A stretch of DNA of 64,000 nt, taken from IMG/VR virus record IMGVR_UViG_3300025693_000001; one strand, written 5' to 3'. The notes under the pieces are model-generated. The model did no database searches. It was not told the origin of the DNA and saw only the letters and a program-made list of their open reading frames with translations. A program made the translations under genes and the position numbers. The stretch comes from a virus (taxonomy: Duplodnaviria; Heunggongvirae; Uroviricota; Caudoviricetes). The first letter of the stretch is position 1, and each line of letters opens with the position of its first letter. This document shows positions 20,619 through 31,128 of the stretch, in pieces.

Positions 20619-21319
20619 TACATCCCTGCAGCAATTAATCGCATTTTAGCGATTTTTATGATGTTACTTAACTCAACCGGACGATAGCCATGAGCTTCAC
20701 AGTTAACATTGTAGTGTAGCATGTTTCCTGTATCCAGTTTTGGAAAAGCGTGTAAGTGTCCGTGTGCGTTAAACCACGGTACTGTAATATTATCCATTGG
20801 ATAGTGTGTAAATACAAGGCTAGCATCCGGAACGTCAACTTGATACAACAAATGTGTCTCATCGAAGTTTAATGTTCTCAGCTTCTTCCTGTTGAAATCG
20901 TGGTTACCGATAATGAGAATTTTGTATCCATTACACCGATCCAAAATTTCGTTGAGGTGGGTTGTACTACCAAATCCAACGTCACCAACCCACAAACAAA
21001 TATCATCAGCACCAACGTAGTCGTTGTAATTTGCTATCAATGTCTCATTCATTTCCGATACAGACACGTATGGTCGTTCGCTGAATGCGATGATGTTCTT
21101 GTGAGAAAAATGTTGATCACTCCACACAAAAGTACGAGCGATGTTTTCTGGTGTCATTTCTTTTGGTTCGGTAACCCCTTCCCCCAATTTGATGAGTGGG
21201 GGATTACGAGTCCACTTTGGTGGATATGCAACGCGCGGGCGTTCCGTACCGGTAAAGTTAACCGTTTTACTCAAATCGTCGAGATACATACCGCGGAGTA
21301 ACTCTATTTCTGATATCAT
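20618..21319 (-). CDS. Calcineurin-like metallophosphoesterase
   Basis: SDQHF, VGDV, IGNHD, THYP, HGHLH. Confidence 0.92.
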   Translation of the reverse strand: MISEIELLRGMYLDDLSKTVNFTGTERPRVAYPPKWTRNPPLIKLGEGVTEPKEMTPENIARTFVWSDQHFSHKNIIAFSERPYVSVSEMNETLIANYNDYVGADDICLWVGDVGFGSTTHLNEILDRCNGYKILIIGNHDFNRKKLRTLNFDETHLLYQVDVPDASLVFTHYPMDNITVPWFNAHGHLHAFPKLDTGNMLHYNVNCEAHGYRPVELSNIIKIAKMRLIAAGM

Positions 21320-21873
21320 GATGGTGTATTCTCCAATGATGTGGTGTTTATTATATTCATTTTTGTTCTGTATAATTCCAACCGTACTTCGTGTGCGGTC
21401 ATGATAATCCACTCTTTACCGTTGAATCGAACCATTATATCAGCTTTGCTATCATACGCAACGTCACCAACTCTAGGATCGGGTTGTTGTTTGCGTTGGG
21501 GCGGAGCTGTGGGTGGCGGTGGAGCTGTGGGTCGATTTACCTGCCTGAGTTTTTTTACGTGATTCGTTGTACCACCCAGTGACAATTTTAGCGCATCGTT
21601 GAATGATTTTGGGGTAAAAGCCTCTTTCACCGTTTCAACAACATCAGGCGTGTCAATGGACGGCTCATCGTCGGGGATATCCCAACCCGATTTCTTGAAC
21701 CATTCCGTCCATGTTATTTTTTGGTGCTTGGTCTCCAATCCATCTGGATCGAATGCATATTCAATTTTCGTTGATATGTCGTTAATTGGACGGCACCAAA
21801 CGTGCTTCCACACGAACCATTCACCTGAAACGGTTTTGTGTGGAAGTTTTACGTGTTTACGTTTCCATTCCAT
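21316..21873 (-). CDS. Hypothetical protein
   Basis: Packed between the topoisomerase and phosphoesterase genes; Pro-rich linker. Confidence 0.55.
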   Translation of the reverse strand: MEWKRKHVKLPHKTVSGEWFVWKHVWCRPINDISTKIEYAFDPDGLETKHQKITWTEWFKKSGWDIPDDEPSIDTPDVVETVKEAFTPKSFNDALKLSLGGTTNHVKKLRQVNRPTAPPPPTAPPQRKQQPDPRVGDVAYDSKADIMVRFNGKEWIIMTAHEVRLELYRTKMNIINTTSLENTPS

Positions 21874-23740
21874 TATTATCACCTTGTAACCATTTCTTTC
21901 GATTGTCCGCATTGGGGCTGAATAATAACTCCAATACCTGTTTCATGTCACCATCATCGGTGATTGGGATTAGAGTGTCTGTTTTTCCAGATAAGATCAT
22001 GGTCCAATCTGCTTTAACCATACTGCCCAATCCTTTGTAGTATGCAATGTCCCACCCTTTGTATTTGTTCTTCTGCTTTTCGAATGCAGCCAACGTCGTG
22101 AAGTGGACTCGACGCTTTCCTTTTGTTGCACACACATTGGGAGCAATAAGTCGGTACACAAATGGTTCATACGTGGGATCGAATAGCGATGGCCAGAATT
22201 GAAACAATACGTTGATCAACAGTGTAAAAATATCAGCACCATCGTAATCAGCATCGGTTGCTACGATCAGTTTACCATATTTTAATTCACTTCGAGAAGG
22301 TTTACGACCAGGAATGAGTCCGACAGCTGTAATCATGTCAGCTACTTTTTGTAACTTCAACAACTGTGCCACCGACATACCATGAGTGTTATTCACTTTC
22401 CCTCGTAGGGGTAACGCTGCTGTCGTTTTCGGATCACGAGCATCTGTAATCATTCCAGCAGCACTATCCCCTTCTGTTATTAACAGTTGACAATCAAATC
22501 GGTTTTTACTGGTAGCATCCACCAACCCCTCAACCTTGCGCTTGATGCCTTTCTTGTGGTCTTTTACTGCATTTGTGTTTGCGTGGTTGTGGTGACGAAT
22601 GATAGCTCGTTCCAACACAGTTTCACACCACTCACGGTGCTTTCTGGTGAAACTTGCCCAATCATCATCCAACATCTTGACTAAATCCCGACGTATATTG
22701 GGGCCTGTTAACCGTGTTTTCGATTGTGCATCGTATTCAGGATCTGATAGTTTCAGATTCCCAATAACCAATAAATTCTGCTTAACATCATTCTTCGTTA
22801 CGGTACTTTTAGCTTTTTTGGCCTGTGGTTGCAAGTGCGTAATTGTTTTATCAAAAAATGCATTCAAAAATTGAGTGTTACACAGACCCCCATCGAACAA
22901 CAATGAACTATTGACCCACGAGAAGATCGACTCGTCGATGCCCTCGTGCACGTCGAATATAACATAGAATTCTATGCCATTGGATGTGAATTTGTGAAAG
23001 TTTGACGATATTTTCTTGATTATATCGTCAAATCCTTTCCTGTATTTGTACTTTTTTCCATTGTATACCGTTGTAATACCTGGATTAGTTAGAGCTAATT
23101 CAATTGCTCTGTTTTCCATCAATTGATCTGGTAGTGTGATGCTATCAAAAACGTTATCATCTAATTGGAATCTAATTGTGGTTCCAGTTTTTGTTGATGT
23201 CGTTTTTGTTATACTTGGTTTTGAAATCTTGGATACACCATCAGAGAATGTCTGTTTGTATCGTTTACCGTCTCTGGAAATGTCAACGTTGAACTCGGAT
23301 GATACAGCACATACAGCACTGGATCCTATACCATTCATACCAATCACACCGGAGGCTTTGTTATCATCAAAATTACGCCCAGATCGTAATGACCCGAAGA
23401 CCACTTCTGGTGTGTGTTTTCCGGATGCGTGCTTTCCGATGGGAACACCACGACCATTATCCGAAATGGTGTAAGTCCCCAGAACTGGGTGAGCATCGAT
23501 GGCAATGATAGTATTGTTGTTGTCGTTTTGTACGTGTTCATCTATGCAGTTATCGAGAACCTCACCAACACACTTTAGAACCGCTGGGATAAACGATATG
23601 TGTGATTGTGTAAACTTATTGTCCAAAAACATGGGAACCGTATATTCGGTTGACTTCATATTCCCCAGATACATAGCTGTCCGCTTTTGTATGTGTTCGT
23701 GGTCGGTTAAAATTTGTATGTCTTTTTCAGTATATGCCAT
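21857..23740 (-). CDS. Type II topoisomerase subunit B (T4 gp39/GyrB-like)
   Basis: EVLDNCIDE, DNGRG, GMNGIGS, EGDSA, TDADYDG, YYKGLGS. Confidence 0.97.
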   Translation of the reverse strand: MAYTEKDIQILTDHEHIQKRTAMYLGNMKSTEYTVPMFLDNKFTQSHISFIPAVLKCVGEVLDNCIDEHVQNDNNNTIIAIDAHPVLGTYTISDNGRGVPIGKHASGKHTPEVVFGSLRSGRNFDDNKASGVIGMNGIGSSAVCAVSSEFNVDISRDGKRYKQTFSDGVSKISKPSITKTTSTKTGTTIRFQLDDNVFDSITLPDQLMENRAIELALTNPGITTVYNGKKYKYRKGFDDIIKKISSNFHKFTSNGIEFYVIFDVHEGIDESIFSWVNSSLLFDGGLCNTQFLNAFFDKTITHLQPQAKKAKSTVTKNDVKQNLLVIGNLKLSDPEYDAQSKTRLTGPNIRRDLVKMLDDDWASFTRKHREWCETVLERAIIRHHNHANTNAVKDHKKGIKRKVEGLVDATSKNRFDCQLLITEGDSAAGMITDARDPKTTAALPLRGKVNNTHGMSVAQLLKLQKVADMITAVGLIPGRKPSRSELKYGKLIVATDADYDGADIFTLLINVLFQFWPSLFDPTYEPFVYRLIAPNVCATKGKRRVHFTTLAAFEKQKNKYKGWDIAYYKGLGSMVKADWTMILSGKTDTLIPITDDGDMKQVLELLFSPNADNRKKWLQGDNNGMET

Positions 23741-23748
23741 AATTCTTC

Positions 23749-24771
23749 TTATTTTTTGCAGTACAATTCAATTTGGGTTTGTGCTGCGAAACCAGTAGCT
23801 GTACGTTCTGCTAACGTTTTCATTGTGTATAATTTACCGTACTTGTTGATGACGTCCGTCATATCCTTGCAAGACTCATCCGATCCAATATCGGGTGTAG
23901 CTATGCTCCACCCAAGTGACAAAGCGTGCAAAGCGACTTCTTTCCCGTTGCCAAACCTATCAGGTATGTATACCTTCTTGCGTTGGGACTTGTCAAGCCA
24001 TATAGCCTGTTCTTCTGATATGGTATTGCCCAATAGAGCCACACCATCAATTAAAAATGCATCGAACCACCCCTCTACAACATATAGTGGTGCTGTGTTT
24101 GAGTAGTCGAATAGTTTATCAAAACCGTATATTATTTTTGAAGCGGTCGCAGGTGGACTTTGATATTTCTTTACTGCAGCTTCAGTTAAATCCCGACCTT
24201 GATAGAATACTAATTCGTTTTTTCTATTATACATCGGAATTATCAATCGTTTAAACCATTTTCGCATCAACACATCATCAGATTTGTGTGATAACATGAA
24301 AGGATAATCCTTCCAGTTTATACCTCTATCGTGTTTGAGGTACTCCTTTGCTATTACTGCCCACTGATCATTGCTCTTTGCGTCTGCGAGAAAATAGAAA
24401 TCTTCTGGTGTTGGTAGCACCATTGGATCGATTTTTATTCGATCGGGTTGGTAATCGGATTTTGTTTTTGTTTGTAGTGTTAGGTTATCAAATACAATTT
24501 GCTGCCATTCGGAATCAGGTATCCCAAAATCATCCAATATTGCGATCATTTTTGGAGGCATCGTTTTGTGAGATGATGGATCGTACTTAGTCTTCACACC
24601 ACAATTGTAACAATGAAATACGGTAACATTATCAGCAAACAAGAATGCTGCTCTACTACCCTTATTACCATGATCGCAGATGGGGTGAACACAATTGTGC
24701 CATCCTTTAGCGTTGACGTGTGGTAACGGTATGTATTGACGCACGACGTCTTCTAGTGTCATTTTTTCCAT
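23749..24771 (-). CDS. DNA primase (T4 gp61-like)
   Basis: Zn finger HPICDH...HCYNC; RLIIP; YQGR; TOPRIM VVEGWFDA; PDRFGNG. Confidence 0.92.
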   Translation of the reverse strand: MEKMTLEDVVRQYIPLPHVNAKGWHNCVHPICDHGNKGSRAAFLFADNVTVFHCYNCGVKTKYDPSSHKTMPPKMIAILDDFGIPDSEWQQIVFDNLTLQTKTKSDYQPDRIKIDPMVLPTPEDFYFLADAKSNDQWAVIAKEYLKHDRGINWKDYPFMLSHKSDDVLMRKWFKRLIIPMYNRKNELVFYQGRDLTEAAVKKYQSPPATASKIIYGFDKLFDYSNTAPLYVVEGWFDAFLIDGVALLGNTISEEQAIWLDKSQRKKVYIPDRFGNGKEVALHALSLGWSIATPDIGSDESCKDMTDVINKYGKLYTMKTLAERTATGFAAQTQIELYCKK

Positions 24772-24812
24772 ATTGGTATTATACCTGATTTTTTAAGAGT
24801 TTACAATAGACA

Positions 24813-24838
24813 TAAAAAAAGGGACACGAAGTCCCCTT
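24813..24838 (-). terminator. Intrinsic terminator after tmRNA
   Basis: GGGGAC-TTCG-TGTCCC followed by a T-run on the minus strand. Confidence 0.8.
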
Positions 24839-24839
24839 A

Positions 24840-25100
24840 GTAACTATTTGGTAATAAGGCGTTACCCTCAGGAAGTTACGCTGCTAGTGCAACACTTCCG
24901 TAAAACTCATCATTAGCGATTAGTTTAAATTTATGCCATTTACGATGGTCATCTGTCGTATCATCCACTAGCCTTTCCTCAGTCAATCGATACCAATTCA
25001 GCCCCATCAGAAACACACTAACAATGTGTGATCGATCAATGCGTTTCTGGTGGAGCTGGCGGCTTCGAAGCCGCGTCTTGCCCACATACTAAGTTTGCTT
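24840..25100 (-). ncRNA. ssrA: Circularly permuted (two-piece) tmRNA; tag peptide ANDEFYGSVALAA
   Basis: T-arm and CAGCUCCACCA end (CCA at 25050-25048) precede GGGGCUGA start (25005); acceptor stem has G3:U70; tag frame 24917-24876; outer ends approximate. Confidence 0.92.
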
Positions 25101-25133
25101 CATATGATAATATAAGCTTATTGTACTACATAT

Positions 25134-25607
25134 TTAGTTATCGTGCAACATTTCTTTGTATTCTTTTATTAATTCGATGTCCGTATTGAACTTCGGCAAT
25201 TGAGACAAATCCAAATCTCCAGCATCATACGAAAAAGTTATGTGCGGAGAATACGTATCGAAATCCGACGTGGGTTTGTGCTGTTTTGTCAACTTCGCGT
25301 ACCGATCGTGCAAAAATTTACTATCCAATAATAACACCAAGCAATTTTTTGGTTTTGACCCATCGCTTGGTGATGATTTAAAGATAGTAAACTTGTTGGG
25401 GAACGCCAATTCCTTTATCGTTCCCTGTGCCTTGTATTTTGGTAGGTGCTTCTTACTGTACAATAGTGTGACGTGAATATCCTCGTGTTTTGTTGCGTTC
25501 GGGATATCATGGTCTTTTATGTATTTGATTATTGCATCTTCTGTTTTATTGTGCAATCGTATGCCCGCGAATGTCCCTGGTTTGATTAGCACTTCATCTA
25601 GTCTCAT
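25134..25607 (-). CDS. acb1: Acb1-like anti-CBASS 2H phosphodiesterase (T4 57B family)
   Basis: IHVTLLYSK, LVLLLDS.FL..R, DFDTYSPHITFSYD, EYKE.L match T4 Acb1 as I recall it. Confidence 0.85.
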   Translation of the reverse strand: MRLDEVLIKPGTFAGIRLHNKTEDAIIKYIKDHDIPNATKHEDIHVTLLYSKKHLPKYKAQGTIKELAFPNKFTIFKSSPSDGSKPKNCLVLLLDSKFLHDRYAKLTKQHKPTSDFDTYSPHITFSYDAGDLDLSQLPKFNTDIELIKEYKEMLHDN

Positions 25608-26178
25608 ATTGGTTTGATTGGAAATGTTGTCGCCTTACTTGTGGCTTTTTGCTGTATATCACTTGATACAGTTCGTCGGTGTCTTCTCCTGCACACAGCA
25701 CAAAATCTTTATTTATGGTGGATATCGGAAAAAACTTATCACAATCGTATGTATCCTTGATAATATTCATGTATATTGTTGTTGTCCAAGCTAACGCTTC
25801 GGTAAACACTCGTTCACCCCCCAAAACAAACACCTCACGGGTGTCCTTTTCGTCTAACGACTGCCAAGCTTTTCTGATTGACGGTACTACAGTAGCACCA
25901 GGAGCTTTGAAGTTTGGATTTCTGGACAATACAAACGATTGTCGGTTTGGTAATATGTTTTCCAACGTAGACACATCGATGTTTCTAGCTTCCATCATTT
26001 CCACCATATCGGTGTACGTTCGACGGCCCATAATGCACACATTACCAGTGGTTGTTTTCTTGAATCGTTTAAGATCGTCCGAACACTTCCAAGGTATTTT
26101 TCCATCTTTGGCGTAACCACCTTGCAAATCTACACCAACGATGATTGATAGTTTTGGGTTTGTTGATCTGTTTGTCAT
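25594..26178 (-). CDS. folA: Dihydrofolate reductase
   Basis: GKIPWK, DLKRFKK.T, IMGRRT, LPNR, VLGG, CDKFFP. Confidence 0.95.
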   Translation of the reverse strand: MTNRSTNPKLSIIVGVDLQGGYAKDGKIPWKCSDDLKRFKKTTTGNVCIMGRRTYTDMVEMMEARNIDVSTLENILPNRQSFVLSRNPNFKAPGATVVPSIRKAWQSLDEKDTREVFVLGGERVFTEALAWTTTIYMNIIKDTYDCDKFFPISTINKDFVLCAGEDTDELYQVIYSKKPQVRRQHFQSNQYETR

Positions 26179-26587
26179 AGCCTGTCTGTTTGTTGTGTTG
26201 TGAAAATACCACGGAAACGAAAATATTTTCCAGGATGTCTTGGTATTTTGTTATTTCTTCGTTTGATAAATCGATGTAAGCAGTGTCGATACCCAACCCA
26301 CGTGCTTTTGATGCTGCAGCTCGTATGGTCATGAAGTGAAACGTCCCAAACCATTCAGTTGCAATGATAGATCCATCACGCTTAATTATACTCGCATCCA
26401 TGTGATGAATCAACCGCAAAGCACAATCATACAACGCATGAGTTCTCTCTAGTGTTGATGACACGAATACCACGTTCTGGCCGTGAAACTCATCTACACG
26501 ACATTTATCCAGTGTCGTGTAGATGCTTTTTTGTAAGTTTATGGCATTATCTCCAAAAACGAAGTGTTCGTTGTTGTGTATATTCAC
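26069..26587 (-). CDS. Hypothetical protein
   Basis: 172 aa between thyA and folA. Confidence 0.55.
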   Translation of the reverse strand: MNIHNNEHFVFGDNAINLQKSIYTTLDKCRVDEFHGQNVVFVSSTLERTHALYDCALRLIHHMDASIIKRDGSIIATEWFGTFHFMTIRAAASKARGLGIDTAYIDLSNEEITKYQDILENIFVSVVFSQHNKQTGYDKQINKPKTINHRWCRFARWLRQRWKNTLEVFGRS

Positions 26588-27438
26588 GTAGCCACGGGAG
26601 CTTTGATTGCTGATTGGTGTACGTAACCGTCAATACGTATGTCGGAAAACGCGAAATCGTCAATATCATCAACACTAGGATTCAAAAACAGTTTGGGTGG
26701 TTCGTACGAATCTCTAGTCAATTGCTCCTCGCATTGGTTCGTGTGATTGTTGTACATGTGCACATCCCCACCAGTCCACACAAATTCTTTTGCTTTCAAC
26801 CCCGTGACGTGAGCAATCATGTGGGTTAGCATTGAGTATTGTGCGATGTTAAATGGAACACCTAAGAATATGTCTGCTGACCGTTGGTATAGGTGGCAGC
26901 TTAGGTTGCTGTCATTATCTACCCAAAATTGTATGAATGCGTGACAGGGTGGTAATGCTTGTTTACCATCTGCTACGTTCTCGCTAAACGTTTTTTCGTC
27001 ATCTGGTAAAAGTTCCGGATTCCAAGCGCTGATAATGATGCGTCTTGAATTTGGGTTATCCTTCAATTGCGAAATAACGGATTGTATTTGGTCGATCGTG
27101 TGACCAGTTTTTGTTGGCCATGCACGCCACATCTGTCCGTATACAGGTCCCAACTCACCATGTTCATCAGCCCATTCGTTCCAGATATTAACACCGTCTT
27201 TTTTTAATTGGTTTATGTTGGTTGAACCGCTTAAAAACCACAACAATTCATGAATGATGCCACGATGGAACATTTTTTTCGTTGTTAGAAGTGGTAGGGT
27301 GTTGTTTGCTAGACTAAATCGCATCTGTCTAGCAAATACGCTTTTGGTACCAGTTCCAGTTCGGTCACCTTTGGATACTCCGTTACGGAGTATATCCATC
27401 ATTAGTTGTAAATATTCTTCATCAGGGTTATTCATCAT
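26584..27438 (-). CDS. thyA: Thymidylate synthase
   Basis: DRTGTGT, ELLWFL, LGPVYG, ALPPCH, YQRSADIFLGVPFN; start reset to MMNNP. Confidence 0.98.
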   Translation of the reverse strand: MMNNPDEEYLQLMMDILRNGVSKGDRTGTGTKSVFARQMRFSLANNTLPLLTTKKMFHRGIIHELLWFLSGSTNINQLKKDGVNIWNEWADEHGELGPVYGQMWRAWPTKTGHTIDQIQSVISQLKDNPNSRRIIISAWNPELLPDDEKTFSENVADGKQALPPCHAFIQFWVDNDSNLSCHLYQRSADIFLGVPFNIAQYSMLTHMIAHVTGLKAKEFVWTGGDVHMYNNHTNQCEEQLTRDSYEPPKLFLNPSVDDIDDFAFSDIRIDGYVHQSAIKAPVAT

Positions 27439-27640
27439 CTGTCTCCAATATTGTGTATAGGTCATCCTTGCTAACCCATTTCTTCCATGCACCAGTAGTA
27501 ATATCATTCGGGGTGATTTCGACTTTAATATCGACGTTGGCCCGTGAGTTTGCCCTTCTGGATACCCCACTCCCTATTTGTTTTGTGGCTTCGCGCCCCG
27601 TCAACCGAACTTCGGTATCTTCGTATATGTAACTGGTCAT
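27428..27640 (-). CDS. Hypothetical protein
   Basis: 70 aa, overlapping start/stop coupling. Confidence 0.6.
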   Translation of the reverse strand: MTSYIYEDTEVRLTGREATKQIGSGVSRRANSRANVDIKVEITPNDITTGAWKKWVSKDDLYTILETDDE

Positions 27641-27948
27641 TTTGTTGATTTTGTTGTGTGTTGTTGGTATCCGGTTCTACCCTTTGGTACGCAGAACGTA
27701 TCGCCTTTATTGGTGCCAGCAACAAAAATGCATTGCCACCCAGGTAGTGTTTTTGGTGTAAATTCATATAACCGCAAATCGTCACCCATAGTTGCGATAC
27801 GAATTGCGCTATCGGGTTCCATTGTTTCGGTTGATAGGAATGAACCCTCATCCAAGTATTCCGCTGAGAAGTATTGGTATGCTACAAATGCTACCACCAA
27901 TACCAAAGATACCACAATACCCACTAACCACTTTGTTATGTTGTTCAT
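27637..27948 (-). CDS. Membrane-anchored hypothetical protein
   Basis: One N-terminal TM helix. Confidence 0.6.
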   Translation of the reverse strand: MNNITKWLVGIVVSLVLVVAFVAYQYFSAEYLDEGSFLSTETMEPDSAIRIATMGDDLRLYEFTPKTLPGWQCIFVAGTNKGDTFCVPKGRTGYQQHTTKSTK

Positions 27949-27949
27949 A

Positions 27950-28456
27950 TTATTTTGCCAGTCCGAATTTAGTTAATCGTTCAATTAATTCCATTTCCCA
28001 TGGAGATAATTCCCAGAACGTGTATGCTGCCCCTTCTTTTTGTTCGTGTTGAGGTCGACGCACTGTAATACCACCATGGTCAAATCGCGTTTGTGTTATA
28101 CCGTCCCACCCGTGACGAGAACGTCTGTATGTTGCCGCTGTATCGTATATTTTGTCTGGTAATATGATACCAGCTACCGTTTGTACACCACCTAAGGCTG
28201 ATTCGCTTTCGTTGAATCTAGCGTGGGGAAATGGATTGTCGATGTGGTTGAGAAAGTCCGAAATGTCAAACAAAGCATCGCCATGACCAGCATTTAGCAG
28301 TATCATCGTTTTGTGTTCTTCGGCCCAATCAAATAACATCTTGTTTTGTTGGGTGACGTTTTGGTATTTGGTGAATAGCTCAGCAATGCAGTGACCTGCT
28401 TGTATTCCTTGCTGGATGGAAGATAGGTAAAAATTACCAAAAAAGTAAGCTCGCAT
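27950..28456 (-). CDS. Peptidyl-tRNA hydrolase 2-like protein
   Basis: LSSIQQGIQAGHC..., W...HKTMILL, FNES..LGG..T.AG resemble the PTH2 fold. Confidence 0.6.
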   Translation of the reverse strand: MRAYFFGNFYLSSIQQGIQAGHCIAELFTKYQNVTQQNKMLFDWAEEHKTMILLNAGHGDALFDISDFLNHIDNPFPHARFNESESALGGVQTVAGIILPDKIYDTAATYRRSRHGWDGITQTRFDHGGITVRRPQHEQKEGAAYTFWELSPWEMELIERLTKFGLAK

Positions 28457-28515
28457 TAATAAATCCTGTTATCATTTAAAAATACGAGCTTACGTGATAT
28501 TTCGAATAAAGACAA

Positions 28516-29301
28516 CTAGCGAGCCAGAGTATCCTCTGATGCTATAATCCAATTTTTTACGAACTCGCCACGAACGATATCGTGTCTATTGAACTGGACT
28601 TCTTCGATGCTATGCATGTTTCTGAATACCTTGATCGCATCAGACATGCCTTCGGATTGGTTTCGTTTGTTATCCAAATCCGTTTGAGTTACATCACCGG
28701 TTACGATCATTCGGGAGTTGTTCCCCATTCTGGTCATAACTGAGTCTATCTCATGAAAAGTTAAATTTTCGCACTCATCCACAACAACAATGGCATTGTC
28801 CCAAGTTAAACCTCTAACATATGATGTTGATACGAATTCGATTAACCCAGCTTCTTTCATGTCATTATATGTGGAAGGCTTCCCACATAGTTCATGCATT
28901 ATGTCTTGGTAAGGTTGTTCGTATACGGTGAGCTTTTCTTCGAGTGTACCTGGGAGGAAACCTATCTCACGAGTAGGAACAACGGATCGAACTATGATAA
29001 TTCTTTGTTGTTGTTTTTTCAATACTTCATTCAGAGCTAAGTACAGTGCTACGAATGTCTTTCCGGTTCCTGCTGAACCATGTGCGCATATGTGGTTACC
29101 TTCATACCACAATCTAAACATATCCCGTTGGTTGCTGGTTAGTGGTTGTGTTTCTCTTACATCGTGAACACTCCATTTTTTCGTACGGGGGCCTTCTTCC
29201 GTGGCTCTTCCGTTTACGACAAGCGCCATCGATAATGACTCTATCTCGGCGCGTTTGTGGGTGTTCTGTCCTTTGTGTTTTTTCTGATTCCGTCGTGGCA
29301 T
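28516..29301 (-). CDS. phoH: PhoH-like ATPase
   Basis: GSAGTGKT, GFLPG, RGLTW, VVDECENL, TRMG, GDVTQTD. Confidence 0.96.
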   Translation of the reverse strand: MPRRNQKKHKGQNTHKRAEIESLSMALVVNGRATEEGPRTKKWSVHDVRETQPLTSNQRDMFRLWYEGNHICAHGSAGTGKTFVALYLALNEVLKKQQQRIIIVRSVVPTREIGFLPGTLEEKLTVYEQPYQDIMHELCGKPSTYNDMKEAGLIEFVSTSYVRGLTWDNAIVVVDECENLTFHEIDSVMTRMGNNSRMIVTGDVTQTDLDNKRNQSEGMSDAIKVFRNMHSIEEVQFNRHDIVRGEFVKNWIIASEDTLAR

Positions 29302-29423
29302 GTAACCTCCTGGTTGTTTGTTTTTACGGATAACACAGTTATTTATAGGTACAAAAAAGGCGTTATACTCGAAAATATAACGCCTTCATATTACGGGGAA
29401 AAAAGGTACTAATTTTTTTGGTT

Positions 29424-30095
29424 TTAATGCCACATGAACTGGCGAACCTTCATAACTCGTGCGAGCATCTCACATTCCATATCGTTCCAATCTTCTTCAT
29501 TGGCCCAGTGTATTTCAGCTACTCGAGACCATTCGATTGAAATTGGGTGATTGCGATGCTTCGCATTGATTGGTCCCATGCACCCCCATGTTTTGGGAAT
29601 TTCAGGATAGTCTGGGATAATTTCACCCCAGATTGACCGTTCTTCGCGTTTTGGCCACAGTTCTGTCCACCACTTATACACACGCTCTATTTCATTGTAA
29701 GCGTGTGCGTGATCATCGGATGACTCTCTCCATTCTGGGTAATTGCAACCAGTTTCATAGAAGTTGGTAACCTCTTCCATCACAGAGTGTAATATCCGTT
29801 CTTCGCAATCGTGATACCCTGGTTTTAGCGTTCGGGGTTTGCAGATTGCGTATTGGTGTTTGGGGTGGTAGCGGTGCATTCCACCCCAATACACGTCATG
29901 TAGTGGACGTTGCACGCGAACGTACCACCAGGATTGTATAGCTGATGTCGCTGTTTCTTGCAGCCAGTATTTGAATGGGAATCTTTTTTTGGTATTTTCA
30001 TGCCAGTCATCCCATTCACTTGCTTGCAAGGCTACAGGTTTTTTAATCAGCCACTTTTTCAGTAGATGTTTTATCGCTAGTATCTTCAGTTTCAT
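29424..30095 (-). CDS. Hypothetical Trp-rich protein
   Basis: 223 aa ORF. Confidence 0.65.
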   Translation of the reverse strand: MKLKILAIKHLLKKWLIKKPVALQASEWDDWHENTKKRFPFKYWLQETATSAIQSWWYVRVQRPLHDVYWGGMHRYHPKHQYAICKPRTLKPGYHDCEERILHSVMEEVTNFYETGCNYPEWRESSDDHAHAYNEIERVYKWWTELWPKREERSIWGEIIPDYPEIPKTWGCMGPINAKHRNHPISIEWSRVAEIHWANEEDWNDMECEMLARVMKVRQFMWH

Positions 30096-30228
30096 GTGTC
30101 ATTGTATCCAATATTTGCCTTTCGGACGTTAAATCTCTATTTATGGCATGTGCTGCATAAATAAATGTATGAAGAGTTGATCGAGCACTCGATCAACTCT
30201 TCCGTATTATAATAGGATAAACCGTACA

Positions 30229-31128
30229 ATGACAACGTTTTATGTATATCAATTGATAGATCCAAGAACAAATAAACCCTTTTATGTAGGTAAGGGATGT
30301 GGTAATAGAGCTACGGCTCACATAGCTGAAGCTAGAGGCAGTAAAGCAAAATGGATTAACCGTATAAAATGCCAAATAATATTAAACATTGAGTTGTGTG
30401 GACTTGAAGTTGTGATCGATAAATTGAGTGATGGGTTATCAGAATCGGAAGCATTTGATATGGAAGAGCAACTAATTGCACGGATGGGACGATTGGTGGA
30501 TGGGTCGGGTATTTTGTCTAATATCGCTAAGGGAGGAGTTGGTGGCAATGCTGGGATCGGTACTCGATCTGTACAGTCATACACCGAATCAGGGGCATTG
30601 CTGGAATCATTTCCATCGTTGTTAACAGCGGCTGATAAGCATAAGGTACATATTAGCACCATCTGTTCAGCGTTAAATGGTAGGTCATCAAAAGCTGCTG
30701 GGGTTCGGTGGGGTTATGACGGAGAACCACTGTCTCCATACACAAACGGAACAAAATCGCCAGTATCGCAATTTGCGTATGATGGAAGTTACATAACGGA
30801 CTATCCTACGGTTACGGCCGCATCTGCCTCCTCGGGTGTTGGAGCTACATCTATCGTTGGGTGTTGTCGACACACTGGCTACGTTGCTGGTGGATACCGA
30901 TGGGCATATACGGGAGAATACCCCCAACCATTACCACCAACACACGTAAATGTATCCGGAAATCGGGTATTACGATCTTTTGATAGTGAAGGCGTATTGG
31001 TTGGGATTTATAGTGGTCCCAATGAAGGTGCCAGCAAAACGAAAGCTAATGCTACAGGTATTAGTGATTGTTGTGCTGGCAGGAAACAAACTTCGGGAAG
31101 CCTACGGTGGGAGTGGTGGTATTGTTAG
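30229..31128 (+). mobile_element. GIY-YIG homing endonuclease with three NUMOD1-like repeats
   Basis: FYVYQLIDPR..PFYVGKG..R; three S/T-x-x-x-A...I..C(C)..G..W repeats; opposite strand to neighbours; TAAATA upstream. Confidence 0.85.

Noticed and set aside
1-23740. Inteins or introns in polB, nrdA, helicase or topoisomerase
   Set aside because: Lengths and motif spacing are normal; no splice-junction motifs seen
24876-25085. 69-aa ORF MGKTRL...ALAA
   Set aside because: It is the tmRNA tag frame extended upstream by chance
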